A stretch of 64,000 nt of DNA from Tubiluchus corallicola (GCA_030141605.1 JAQGDQ010000317.1:1-64000); one strand, 5' to 3'; positions 37,096 through 64,000 are shown, counted from the first letter of the stretch. The notes: generated by a model not told the origin, from the letters alone. Numbers and translations are program-made.

Positions 37096-40000
37096 ATGTC
37101 AGTATCACCTAAGCCATTAGCCACTCCTCAGCTTGCCGAAAAAGAGGCTCCTATTCCCCGAAAACATAGTCTAATGAAACATGCTGCAATGCAGATTACT
37201 GCTGGTGGTACTGCAGGTGAAACCATTTGTAACTTTTCAGTATTTAAATAAGAGCTGCTAGGTGCTTTTTAGATATTTTTACATTTTTGTTTTCTAACTT
37301 TTTGTAACAAAGTGCTGAATGGAAATCTATAAAGCAATAAAAAGTAATCAGTCTTTGCAGTTTTCAATAAGTAACAGTGATATGCTTACAAGAACTAAAG
37401 TTTTTTTAGATTTACCTGACTACAAAGATATTTGTACACATGATATTTTCAGGTTTGGTAGAGGTTTCAATCATGCATCCGTTGGATCTCATTAAAACAA
37501 GGTTTCAGATACAGCGTGGAGCCGATGACTTGCAGCGATACAAATCGCTTGCTGATTGCTTTCGTCGTATTTATGCTCAAGAAGGGTTGGTTCTGGCAGG
37601 AGTTTGTTTTTTTGTGGTTTTTAGAAGCCATTTGTTGTTTAAAGTGTGCTGGTATTATATAATGCATTTATTGTCATAATATGTCCAAAAATGATAAGTA
37701 TGTATTGCCTATTTCAAGTGAACAGATACTTTTTTATGTAAAATATTTTGTGTAATATCCCATTAAGTTTGCACAAGTGCTTTTAGATTAATTTAAGGAA
37801 ATTAAATTTCCAGCATTTCGACCTGATTGCATTGTTCATATAACCTTTAATGGGTCAAACTTGTAAACTATATTTTTGTTCTGTGGTCCTGCTTTTTTCA
37901 CAGCTTGTCATTGTTGCTGGTAATACCCCTCTGCCGATTAGATTTTAGAAGATTATCTAATAATGTTTCTGTTCTCTCAGAAGCTAAAAGTATCTAACAA
38001 TATTAACAAGCTCTGCAGTTTAGTGCTAGAATCTCTCATTGTGCTTGAAAAACAACCTATTTATGCTTGCTACCAAACATGTGCAAAGTTCAAAATATTT
38101 AAGAGAATTTACTAACTTCTATTTTTAATTTTCTTTTATTTTTAATAGTAAAATAACCGTATGTCGTACTGTATAGGTTGTTGTACATCCTTATTATATA
38201 AGTGCACAGAGTTTGGTTTAATGAATTATAGACATGTAGATAATAACGATGATGGTGTGGTGATGATGATGAACATAAAACACTTGCATGAAGCTTATGT
38301 GGCATTAGTTCTTGGTATCATTTATTATTTGTTACTATATTTTTCCTCGCATTGTATTTAATGCATTCTATATTCAATTCTCTTAGGCAGTTTGGTTTAA
38401 ATTATCTTGAATACATTTAACAATAACTTTATGTTTAAAGAATCTTCAAAATATTTACCTGAGTTCTTTCTGTTTTTACTGTGAACATGACTGTCTGATG
38501 CCCTCTGAGATTGTCCCAAGTTTATTATTCTTTGAGACTGAGAGTGCCATGCAATATGTTCATCACAAACTTAAGATGTATAAAGCGCAACCTTATTGTG
38601 GCTTGTCTTTGTTGCCTTGTTTTTACAAACCCACAGCTTGACTTTTGTTATTGACTGTTTTTTCAGCATCATATCTTTCTACAAGGGCATATTTCCTCCT
38701 ATTTTGGCTGAGACACCAAAAAGGGCAACAAAGGTAGGTAGAATTATTTTACCCAAGTTTCAGGCTTTCAAACATTTTTTGACAATATAACACATCATTT
38801 TGATTGTCAAAGAAAAAACTTGTTAGCAAACCACAAAGAATAAATAATACCTAATATCTTCTTGGTACATGAACTTTTCTTAGGGACATATAAAGGCAAG
38901 AAACAAAACATTGGTCTTTCATGCTCTCCGTGGTAAAATTGTAACCATGGGGTTCTCGTACACTGACACCTGCAAACGTGAGAAATATTGCAAAAGAGAT
39001 TTAAAGAGATTTCAAGTATCTTCACCATTCCCTTTCCAGATAAATTTGCATAATGAAATAGTGGCAACAGGAAGCTGATAGTACTCCGAACTCTTTATAT
39101 TCCCTGCAAGGTTGCAGATCTTGCTGGGGCTTCATACCTTCACATTAAACTTCATTGCTCTTTTTCCTTACAATATCTTTTATATAATTAAAATTTGTAA
39201 GTTAGTAATTGCCATTTTTATGCCATCCCTGTAAGAAAAAGTTTATGTGTCACTATACACATTGTGCTAAGATTTTGCTAATAATTAGATTTTACTGTGC
39301 ACACAACAACTGTAGCTATTTCTATTTGCAGTTTTTTACCTTTGAGCAATATAAGAGGCTTTGGTCATTTGGAGCACCAACTCCAAGTGGTTGGGTAAGT
39401 GCTCTTATAATTGTGTTTTCTTTTATCATTGCAAATTTTCAGAAGTTGATTAATGAAAGGAAGGTAGCTTTTTATAAGTAGTCCAAGTGTTCGTCATTGT
39501 TAAAATGTAAATTTGCTCCTCTTTATTATTGTCCTGCCTTAGTTACCATTTCTGTCAGGTATTACTAGGTTTTTAAAAACTGCTTCTGCCTGATTAATTG
39601 ATATAAAATGATGATTTCAGATTTCGTAAAAATGGGCTATTCATTTGTAACATTTTACCATAAATCATAAATTGTTATGTAGTATAACACTTTATAGCGA
39701 ACATGGTTATTGCGTATGCACCATTAATGCGGATTCACAAAAAGAATGAATTTCGTTGTTTATTTAACTAGTTTAATAGCTCTGAATACAGAATACTTGA
39801 TTATTGCGTGTTCCTGAGTTTTTAACATGCCCCATTGCCTGCTTTAAGTACTACGTATTTATTAGTTTTTTATTGCATACCTTACTTTTGCCAGCCATTT
39901 GCAAATTAATTGAACCTGTCCTTTCTAGTGCTGCAAAAAGCTACTGAGTATGCGCTGTCCAACATGCAAAGTTGTTAATATGTCATGTTCGACAGGTCAT

Positions 40001-42867
40001 TTTCTTTGCTATCTGTATGAAAACAGTGAGTCATATGCATTTCATTGAGTTTGGAAATTTTGCAAAGTAGTTAACACTTGATAGCATCTTCTAAAAGAAC
40101 TTTATGTCCTCTATGAAGACACATGTTGTGCGTTATTTATACACTTTTATTATTAACATATGCTTGTCCATCTATATACATATGATTAGCCACATATACT
40201 TGGTAGAGTACCTCAGTTATAGTATGCGTTTTTCATGGTCTCTGCCCAGTTCACTATAACAATGTTATACTGTATATGTATATTTTATTTTTGCACATTG
40301 TAGGGCCTTGTTATGGCTGGTTTGTGTGCAGGCTTGACAGAAGCTGTAGTTGTTAATCCATTCGAAGTTATAAAAGTAACACTGCAGGCACAGCGTGATG
40401 TTAAGTTTTTGGAAGTGAGTACTCCTTTGTTGTATACAAAGTGCACTTGGCACTCTAAAAATTGTAATATATTTTGGTTCTAAAAAGACAGAGGAAGTTT
40501 TAAAGTTTATAATGATGGGGAATTGAACCTAGGCCTTGGCATCATCGCGTCAGTGTAGATTTAACTGGGAACTGTTCTCAGTTAAAATGTATTTTCTAAA
40601 TCAAAAATTACAGGAATGCAGTTTCATGATTTTTTTCCATGTTACTATCTTTTTCATCTTTTCATTTCCAAATTTTATCATTTTCTAATTTTCTTGTTAG
40701 TTTTTAGCTCAGTTCATGTGAGATTAACCAACTGTATGTAATAAAGCAAATATGTGCCGTACTGCATTTCATAATTGCAATGATAAGAGTTTATTCATTA
40801 ATCGTAATTTACATAAATGACAATAGGTGGCACTGCAATGTTATAATTAATTTAGCGCCAGAGTTTGAGCTATTCATTGTTGTTTCAGATGATAATCAAT
40901 GGAGACGTTAACACTGTCATTTGATTCTGGATTTATTAGATATTTACTAAACCATCCTGTCCTTGCAATAATACAGTTTTGTTATTTGCTGTGGTGTAAT
41001 AATTATTGTGAAATTGTATCTTTTTATTGTCTGTAATCTATAAGCAATTATTATTACTGAACTATTTGGGCTGTTAGATTAAATGTTTAGTGCTTTCATA
41101 TGTCAACGGTGTATTGCTTAAATTCGTATTGAAATATTTTAGCAAAAGAGCACATATGCAACGGCTAGAGAGATAGTACGCACAGATGGAATAGGTTTTC
41201 GAGGACTCAACAAAGGCCTGACATCGACGCTTGGACGAAATGGAGTTTGGAACATGATCTACTTTGGTTTCTACCACAACATCAAAGATGCTTTGCCACA
41301 CTATGAAGTATGTTAGATGAAATTATTGTTCGACCTTAAGTTTGCAATTTTTAGAACAAAATTACTATTTTATTTCTTCTGATGTAACGACCAAAAATTT
41401 TGAAAAAGGAGAGACTGATTCACAATTTACTGTCCTCTGTAACCATTTAATATTTGGTGGGGTGAGCTGGGTAACAGGCTTTTTAGAGATTGCGTAATTT
41501 TTACTTACCTTGGTACTAACCTATAATGCTTTTTTGTCTCGTCAATGTGTGTGACACATTTCTTTTAGCTACCATAGCAACTTACAACATCGTTGCAGCC
41601 ACCTATAAAATTACTGTTACCAAGTTAACGGAAGAAGCTAGTATAATTGAGACTGATTCGTTTTTGTAGAATCCTAAGTTAGAATTCTGCCGAAAGTTTG
41701 CCATTGGACTTGCAGCTGGTACCATCGCATCTACATTCAATATACCCTTTGATGTTGCCAAAAGTCGTGTACAAGGGCCTCAGCCAGTTCCTGGGCAAAT
41801 TAAGTACCGGGGATGCTTCCAGACTTTAATGCTTGTTTACAAGGAGGAAGGGTAAGCATTTAATAAGAATAAGCTTACCCGGGTGTTTCTATTTTCTTTT
41901 TTTTTGGTTGTTAGGATAAATATTTCTAAAGCTGCGAAAAGCGGCAAATCAGCAAAAATCTGTGCTATAATTACTGAACATATTTCAATAACCTCTTGTT
42001 TGATGATACCAATCCATTCTCAGCAAAATTTATACTCTGTGGTTAATTGAAGCATTGCCATTCATATAAAATAATATGGAGATGCATTATAAGGGCAAAA
42101 GGAAACAATGACATTTATCAAAATCAAAGAGCTATGCATGTTGGGAGACATGATGTATTGTGCTAATTGATGATGCATACAGCAAACAAAACATTAAAAG
42201 GTTTACTTTTTTGCAGTACCATGGCATTGTTTAAAGGTTGGGTACCAAAGATAATGAGACTTGGACCTGGTAAGTGTGCAGTGAAGTCATACTTATGCTG
42301 ACATGAGACATTAAAATAAAACTCATTTGTTACTGTTAATCATTCTAAAGCTGTCAAGCACGTAGCTCACGTTTTGTGTCACACTTCAACTGTAATGTGT
42401 CGGGTATGTTGCAACATAATAATTAGAATCATCTGTAAGCACATTCTCTAACTGTGTAACCAATTGAATCACCAGTAATTCATTAACGTAAATACATGGC
42501 ATTTACCGAATGTTACACTGTTAATAGAGTAATTTACTTTAAATGTTGTGTATGCTTAATACATCTGTATTTTTGCAAAATAAAAAAAATATTTTTCGCT
42601 GCTACCGACTATTGTAGTACAATGTTGATGTATATAACTTGCAATCTGCACTTTTTGCTTTGTTTTCAAATTAATTTATTGTAACAGTTTTTTCTTTGTG
42701 ATGTTTTTACATATTTACCTTCTAAGCTATTATACATATTGCCATTTTTGGAAATTTGTTTGTATACATTCCATTCAAAAAATTCAAGAAACTTTTTGTT
42801 TACAGGTGGCGCCATCATGCTACTGGTATTTGAACATGTATATGAGTTTCTACAGCGGACCATGTAA
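37096..42867 (+). CDS. SLC25A21: Mitochondrial 2-oxodicarboxylate carrier, copy B (about 318 aa, 9 coding exons)
   Basis: Exons 37096-37216, 37453-37585, 38667-38733, 39332-39394, 40304-40414, 41143-41307, 41670-41851, 42217-42269, 42806-42867(TAA). Exons 2-9 have the same lengths as in copy A and the same signatures, with LGRNG instead of LGRHG. Confidence 0.93.
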
Positions 42868-43253
42868 ACCAAAGCCACAGAAACAAAAAAAGAAGCAATT
42901 TGAGTTTTTTCATGCGCAAGATAAATTGGCTGCCGTTGATCTAACACACAAGTTAGTTTTGAGCAGCAGTCTGTACTTCGTATGCAATACTGTTGACTAA
43001 TGATTAACATTTTAAAAAAGTAACTAAAACCACCTCAAACTAAGCTTCGTAAACATAAATTAGTAAATGATAATGCTTATTTTCTTTGAAACTAGAGAAC
43101 ATTGTGACAATAGTGTCACTTGAATGTTTGTGTATATAATACGCCCAGTGTAGGATTCAGTTTTGTGCTGTACAACGTAGTTATTACTTGTTAATGGCAA
43201 AACGTAATCCTGCCTTTGGTAATGCATAAAAAATTGAAAGTCGTGTGCATGTA

Positions 43254-43335
43254 TAGTCAATCCTCGTTTAAAGACCTTTCGTTTTAACAATACGGTGTGC
43301 TGGATTGCTTGAACTCATTAAGCGAGGATTTACTG
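43254..43335. mobile_element. Tiny Tc1/pogo(Tigger)-type MITE, 82 bp
   Basis: TA-flanked imperfect 18-bp TIRs: TAGTCAATCCTCGTTTAA ... TTAAGCGAGGATTTACTG (reverse complement CAGTAAATCCTCGCTTAA). Confidence 0.6.
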
Positions 43336-45144
43336 TAGTATCGACTCTCCATCATGTCTGGCCTCAAACTGGAAGTGCACAAAAAATTAGTTTTTATATT
43401 TCTGAATGGGCAGATGCTACTATTTGTGTAATTATAACTATATTTATTTAATTGTTAGTAGTTAATTATTACCTTATTACTTTGTTTTGGGAGAAAATAA
43501 GTATTGTAATGGATTTATTTATGTATCAAACCCTGGATTTCACATTAAACTGCATATTTGATAGCACCCAGCCGCAGTAGCAAAGGACAGGCATTCAATT
43601 TTTATAAAAATTACGTCAACAGCTAATCTGTCGCCAGTCAATAAACAATAGGTATTTATATGTTGCAAGTTTTTTTGTACTAACACCATTTCATAGAGAA
43701 TAAAAAACTGAAGAAGAGCGTGTAAAAATGTAAACTATTAATTTAAAAAAAAATTACATAAAATTTTATGTGCAAAATGTCACAAAAATAGCTGCCACGT
43801 GTGAAATGAAATCTATACAGCTTTAACAAAAATGTTTAAAGAAAGGAGTCGTGTGTGTAGTGCTTATAGCGCTAAAATGTAATCAAATGGTTGTCTGAGT
43901 GCAACTGTCTAGATATAATGTTACAGAATTTTTTAATTTTGTGAAACTTATCCTATGTTAAGAAGATATTTATTTAAGACTTTTATTCCAATTATCGTGA
44001 CTTTGTTTTTCGACGAAAATGTTTTGCAATTATGTTCAAGCATATATTTGTGTTTCTTTGTGTAACAGCTTTATTGTGTAATAATTTTTTACCTATATTT
44101 TTACAATTACACTTTATTGTGTCACTAAAAGCATTAAAATGTCCCAACCTTCTGTTGCAACATGAATATGGTGAGTCCTTGCAAGTGTAACAATGCTAAT
44201 GGTGTTTAGCAACATGTTGTTAAATGAAACACGTCACTTTGTTTTATTTTTTTATTGCACTTGCATAAACTTTCTTTAAATGCGACTGAGACAAGCAAGC
44301 TAGGAGCATCACTTCCATCTGTTACTAGTCTCTCTCTAGCATGAAACTGTGTTTAATATTTGTATTTTTATTTTTTGTTTCTAATGTTAGAAATTTTATT
44401 ACAGTAGCCCTGTATGCTCAGTGAAAAGTGTTTGCTTATGCTTGTTCTGCTAATAGCATAGGAGCTGGTGAGGCATATTTAATTTGTGCTACTTGCTGAC
44501 AAAGTGGCCTCCATGTGACCCCCATGTGTATTACAGTGAATTTGTATCAGACAGGCAGATTTATTTCTACCTGCATGAATGCCAGCAAGAAATTATGTTG
44601 CAAGATATAAGTCAGCATTTGCTGTGACAGTAGCATTGATTTAAGTTAGACTGGGCTTCTTTGGAAATCACCAACACAGCGGAAAAAATCCAGTACTCAA
44701 GGGTAAAAGAAAAACGAATAGCTTAATGTTTTGCTAAAACGGAACATTCATCTTTGAAGGTAAAAGGTGGCAAAGGCTCATTAGCGCTAAGCAGCAAGTT
44801 CATTAAGCAAACACTTTTTGTAAATTTGTTGTTCTTGTTTAAAAGGCCTACATCAGACTGTGATGACACAGCAGTGTTTGTTCTGTTAATCTCACTTAAC
44901 AGTATTACATTATTACATAAGGTCTATTTAGTCCTCATAATTTACATTATATGATAAAAACTTTTAGACATTTTTGTAAATTTAAATTTGTTAGCCTTTT
45001 TTATTTAAAAGACGAGTTTTGATACTTTATAGCAGTGTATTCTGAGTTGAATTACAACATTATTTATTTATTCGTGCTGTCATGTAGCACATCTGATTAT
45101 TTATGTTTTTTTCAAGGTACTGTTCATTATCCTTTATATGTCTG

Positions 45145-45558
45145 CAGGGTTCCCACGTTCAGGGAAAATCCTTGAAAATACAGGCCCTCCAGGAAAGTCA
45201 TGGAAAACTCAGGGAAAAAGATAATTTGGCAAAAAGTCAGGAAAATGATGAAAATGGGGCGAAAAGTCGGGGAAATTGGAAAGTGTTGCAAAAATAATCA
45301 CCACGAACCGATATTTTTCCAAACATATTTTTCAGCGATTCGTGTTCAAATAAAATTTTGCTATAGCAGGCTACCAGTTTCGATTTCTGTTCCAAAAATA
45401 ATGATTGGTCGATATATTATACATCAGTATATGTATGAATGTCAGTACACAAAAATGCTTGAATATGTATACTGCTAATGCAATTTCTGCTTTATCTTGG
45501 TCATGGAAAATCAATATTTTGTCGGGGAAATTTATTTTAAAATTCTGTGGGAACCCTG
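45145..45558. mobile_element. Non-autonomous DNA transposon (MITE), 414 bp
   Basis: Perfect 12-bp TIRs (CAGGGTTCCCAC / GTGGGAACCCTG), repeated subterminal TCAGGGAAA/GTCATGGAAAA-type motifs, and flanks TGTCTG / TATCTG that may be a 6-bp TSD with one mismatch. Confidence 0.8.
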
Positions 45559-46669
45559 TATCTGGTAAATGGTCTACATGAATTATGTAGTTTAGGCAGA
45601 AATTTCAATTAAGTAAAAAATCGCACATAGGTTAAAAGATAATAAAATTTTCTTTTTCATAAATATCATTCGCAAATCCTAGTTGATGTAAGAACATGCA
45701 ACTTTTAAGTGAAAGCTAGCAGTGTTTTAAGTCCATTGAATTTAAGAAATATATTAATGAATCTGCTAGGTGTAAATTTTAATCCACCAGTGGCTATCAG
45801 ACAATAGTCATCTTGTTGAACAGGATGCATCTTTGTTCCACATAGCTCAAGCTTTTAGCCTTTTACTGTAAAGTGTGATCTCTATTCATCTACTTTACAA
45901 ATTTGTACTATTACAAAGTTGTAGTTGGGAACAAAGTATAAGTTCAACTACTGTATAAAAAGTCAATCTGTGTTTTGCCATTGTATTCATAAATCTTACT
46001 ATACGTATACATGTCATATTTTAAATTGTACACGTAAGTTAATATTTATAACCTGTTTTAACTACATGCAAGATTAGCACATTTGCTTTTGCGATGAATG
46101 TTCACCTCCAGAATTCTGATGTTATGTGTGGGTTATGTTGAGGTACTTAATGAAATCTACATGGTAATTGAGCTAAGATAAGGATATATGTAATCCTATA
46201 ATAAGTTATTTGTGGTGAATTAACAGCTGTTGTGGTTTAATTGTTAGAATTAGTGACAAATACTAAATTAACAGTGTGTAGTAATAATGCACATTCCTAC
46301 TATTATTATATCTATATATTGTACTGCACTATAGCTCTACTAAAATAACCATATGTTTGTATTGATGTTGTGATAGACTAAGTGAGGTATTTGCATAGAT
46401 TGATCACTGTACATAATACATCTGTTAGTACTAAACTAATGCTATTTATTCAAAATGTTGTTGTGGTAGTTGTTAACAAATCCTATTGTTATGAGTTGTT
46501 AATAATATTTTATTTATTAATAATATTTATGCTCTTGTTTTGCTCATCACACTCAGTTTCTGTTTAGCTCAGTAAACTTGTAACTATTGTTGTTTATCTT
46601 CCTAAGAAGTAGTTGTTTACGTAATGCTTCAAGTGTTTACTACTTAATATTGAAAGCAATAATCCTCAG

Positions 46670-46810
46670 TAAGTCTTTCATTATGTTACAATAATAAACT
46701 CGGGATGGTCTTTCATAATTATATAAACTATAACAATGCCGGAGTGGTCTTTCATAATTACGTAAACCAATCATGTTTCTGGGCAGGTCTTTCATAATTA
46801 TGTAACTTAT
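46670..46810. repeat. Degenerate tandem repeat of about 40 bp, x4
   Basis: The core (G)GTCTTTCAT(A)ATTA recurs near 46673, 46707, 46747 and 46787. Confidence 0.6.
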
Positions 46811-48655
46811 AATTTGGGGTAGATGATTCAATAAACGTTTTATTTAGTTATCAAAATCAAGGTTTGTTTTGATACCATGATTTACTAACAGCATAAGTAC
46901 ATGTAAATGTATTAAACAAATTCCATAACTACACAATACATTAGAAATTACACAAAACTAAAGTGCTAAATCGAATTTCTGCAGAGTTTTAATATCTCTT
47001 CTTTTCTGCAAGAATACCGTTCATGAACACAATAATTCTTTGGCTTGCTATTTTGCTAAATCTCTGTAGCTGGATCAAATAGTTGAATGAGACATAATTT
47101 ACTAAAACAATGTATAAATAATTATGCTTGAATAATTATTACTAAAACATTCCTCTACTACTGATTTGCTTCTGAGGAACTTTGCTAAGTAATCGAATAC
47201 TGAATGACTACTTTTATAATTATAATTTTAATTGTTAATGAGTTGAAACACGAAAAATGCATGTGAATGCAAATCTTGAATGTAAACTCTCAAACACAAA
47301 GCTGGTATATGGCAGCACTTCCTGGGAGATTTAGCACATACTCGTGAGCACAGATTTTTGTAATCATCCTTAATAGGAACTAATCTCAAAATAGGTTCCA
47401 ACAGATGATCTCGGTAATCGATTATTGACAAAAAGCAATCGACAATCACGATTAGTTGAAATCAGCAGTGCTGGGCACCATTTCAATATAGTTCTTCTTT
47501 ATTGCTTACATTTCAATGCTTTATTGCTTGCGTTTTGTTTTATTATATATGCTTTTAAACTAAAGCTAAGCATTTTCATAATTTTGTTTGGATTAAAATA
47601 TTGTGCTGCCATTTATAAAAAATCTTAAATTTTGAAATAGGTACGAGTGATTTCAAATCACTTACATAACTGATAAAGCAGTTACATTCTATACAACATA
47701 CGAAGTTTCAGAATATGTAACATAATCATGCAAGCATAATAACATAATAACATTAATAACTGATCAAAAGCTATACAGTGACAGGTTACATAGGCTTACA
47801 ACAGAATATAACACAATATCACAGAAAAAGTAACAGTTTTTTAATATCAAATCAATTGCTGTAGTTGTAGTGCCACAAATGCCGCTAACTGAAACAAGGG
47901 CCACTAACTGCCACAAATTTGCTAAACTTAAACAAATACTGCAAACATTTTTGTGAGCTGTTACCGAGACATTCATGTCTTACAAATGTGAAACTTGGAT
48001 AAGAGTACAGATTTTTTTGTAAAAAAAGAATAAAATAAATGATATTTTAGTACTACACAGACAATTGACTACATGATAATTATTTCAAAATTAGCTTTGC
48101 ACCAAAAACTACGTAAAAATTCCACACACAAATTTTTAAAAACTAAGAAAAAGAGAAATTTACATCATTTTACTAGTACATCATCTAAAATGTATTTTGT
48201 TCTTGACAAATGGAATACGCTACATTGATTACAGTTTATAGTTACACTGTCCAAACCGTACAATCCCATTTTTTATTGCACTAAACACAAAATTTTTAAA
48301 AAATAGTAAGAAAAATAATCAAAAACTGCTTATCATCGAATTGATGGAATAACAGCATGAGAATTCCCAAAGAGAGAGCACATATTTGACAGAAAAAGCA
48401 GAGTGGTCACGGTATATGCTTGTGTACAAAACCCGAGGGACTGCCACTACAAGCAGTGATGGCCATGAAAACTGCATCTAAGTGGTTTCAGCTGACATAC
48501 TACTTTTAACTGTTTCAATCAAACGAAAAGGTTTATTCATCTGAAAGTGATACAGCTTTTTGGGTTCAGTCCCTTAAACTAAATAAAAAAATAACATTCT
48601 AGTAAAACATCCTAGGAAAAATCTGGTTGCAAACCATTTTTTTCCAACCCCGAAT

Positions 48656-50048
48656 GTGCAGTATGCTCATTGGAGCAGCATTATTAAATGTGTGCCTCAT
48701 GCAGTATTCTCATTGGAACAGCATTATTAAATGTGTGCCTCATGCAGTATTCTCATTGGAACAGCATTATTAAATGTGTGCCTCATGCAGTATTCTCATT
48801 GGAACAGCATTATTACATGTGTGCCTCATGCAGTATTCTCATTGGAACAGCATTATTAAATGTGTGCCTCATGCAGTATTCTCATTGGAACAGCATTATT
48901 AAATGTGTGCCTCATGCAGTATGCTCTTGGAATGGCATTATTAAATTTGTGCCTCCTGCAGTATTCTCATTGGAACAGCATTATTAAATGTGTGCCTCGT
49001 GCAGTATTCTTATTGGAGCAGCATTATTAAATGTATGCCTCATGCAGTATTCTCATTGGAGCAGCATTATTAAATGTGTGCTCGTGCAATATGCTCATTG
49101 GAACAGCATTATTAAATGTGTGCCTCATGCAATATGCTCATTGGAACAGCATTATTAAATGTGTGCCTCGTGCAATATGCTCATTGGAACAGCATTATTA
49201 AATGTGTGCCTCATGCAGTATGCTCATTGGAAAGCATTATTAAATGTGTGCCCTACGCAGTATTCTCATTGGAGCAGCATTATTAAATGTGTGCCTCATG
49301 CAGTATTCTCATTGGAACAGCATTATTAAATGTGTGCCTCATGCAGTATGCTCTTGGAATGGCATTATTAAATTTGTGCCTCCTGCAGTATTCTCATTGG
49401 AACAGCATTATTAAATGTGTGCCTCGTGCAGTATTCTTATTGGAGCAGCATTATTAAATGTATGCCTCATGCAGTATTCTCATTGGAGCAGCATTATTAA
49501 ATGTGTGCTCGTGCAATATGCTCATTGGAACAGCATTATTAAATGTGTGCCTCATGCAATATGCTCATTGGAACAGCATTATTAAATGTGTGCCTCGTGC
49601 AATATGCTCATTGGAACAGCATTATTAAATGTGTGCCTCATGCAGTATGCTCATTGGAAAGCATTATTAAATGTGTGCCCTACGCAGTATTCTCATTGGA
49701 GCAGCATTATTAAATGTGTGCCTCATGCAGTATTCTCATTGGAACAGCATTATTAAATGTGTGCCTCATGCAGTATGCTCTTGGAATGGCATTATTAAAT
49801 TTGTGCCTCCTGCAGTATTCTCATTGGAACAGCATTATTAAATGTGCCTCATGCAGTATTCTCATTGGAGCAGCATTATTAAATGTGTGCCTCGTGCAAT
49901 ATGCTCATTGGAACAGCATTATTAAATGTGTGCCTCGTGCAGTATGCTCATTGGAGCAGCATTATTAAATGTGTGCCTCATGCAGTATTCTCATTGGAAC
50001 AGCATTATTAAATGTGTGCCCCATGCTGCCATGCAGTATGCTCATTGG
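48656..50048. repeat. 43-bp minisatellite, about 32 copies, with a 427-bp (10-monomer) higher-order repeat
   Basis: Unit GCAGTATTCTCATTGGAACAGCATTATTAAATGTGTGCCTCAT. The diagnostic variant ATGCTCTTGGAATGGC recurs at 48921, 49348 and 49775. Confidence 0.97.
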
Positions 50049-50462
50049 CCCCATACAGTAAAATTTATAGTATTGCATGTGACTTGTACAACAAAACCTG
50101 TGCAAGTATGGGCACACCTATGTTGAACGACATCTTTTAACCTAAACCTAAAAGTTTGAATGTGTCTAAGCATTAGAATCATGTAAAGATAAAGAAAATA
50201 CTGTTAATGTTACTGTTTACTCAGCCTGACTGATTATTACACCACTAAAGTAATCTAGTGGTCAGCTGCACTGATACACAAAACCAGAAGTAAAGACCAT
50301 AACCAGACAAAGTAATGGAATTAGGAAATCATCTGTGGATCAAGTTTTTGTTTCTGCCCATTATCACATTCAAACACTTTTTCTCCAAGCAGAAAAACTG
50401 ACTTCCTTAGCCACTAACATCCATATTTGAAACAGCTGCTCTGCGCCACTGGATTGCAGTAA

Positions 50463-64000
<13,538 letters not shown>

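Noticed and set aside
48656-50048. CRISPR-like array, or Cys-rich repeat ORFs
   Set aside because: Monomers are head-to-tail with no unique spacers, there are no cas genes, and the context is eukaryotic. The ORFs are by-products of a 43-bp unit.

Overview
AT-rich eukaryotic (animal, probably protostome invertebrate) genomic DNA with spliceosomal introns. No prokaryotic systems, CRISPR arrays, tRNA or rRNA were seen. Exons were assembled by hand using splice signals and phase. Gene order: (1) QSOX-like sulfhydryl oxidase, + strand, 5' end not found, with the Trx1 CxxC degenerated to C-x6-C; (2) a two-exon four-TM protein, - strand; (3,4) a tandem pair of PNKP genes with intron-free catalytic regions, one with an FHA domain and one with a short basic leader instead; (5,6) a head-to-head inverted pair of SLC25A21/ODC mitochondrial carriers with identical 9-exon structure and a hAT-type MITE between them; (7) the 3' part of WDR81, - strand, with one GC-AG intron; (8) a TMEM86/YhhN gene nested antisense in a WDR81 intron, with a duplicated ATG-bearing exon. 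Also present: several MITEs, a Harbinger transposase relic, a 43-bp minisatellite with a 427-bp higher-order repeat, and microsatellites. The best leads are the local duplications with divergent termini or active sites and the Trx-degenerate QSOX. Family calls rest on recalled motifs, not database searches.
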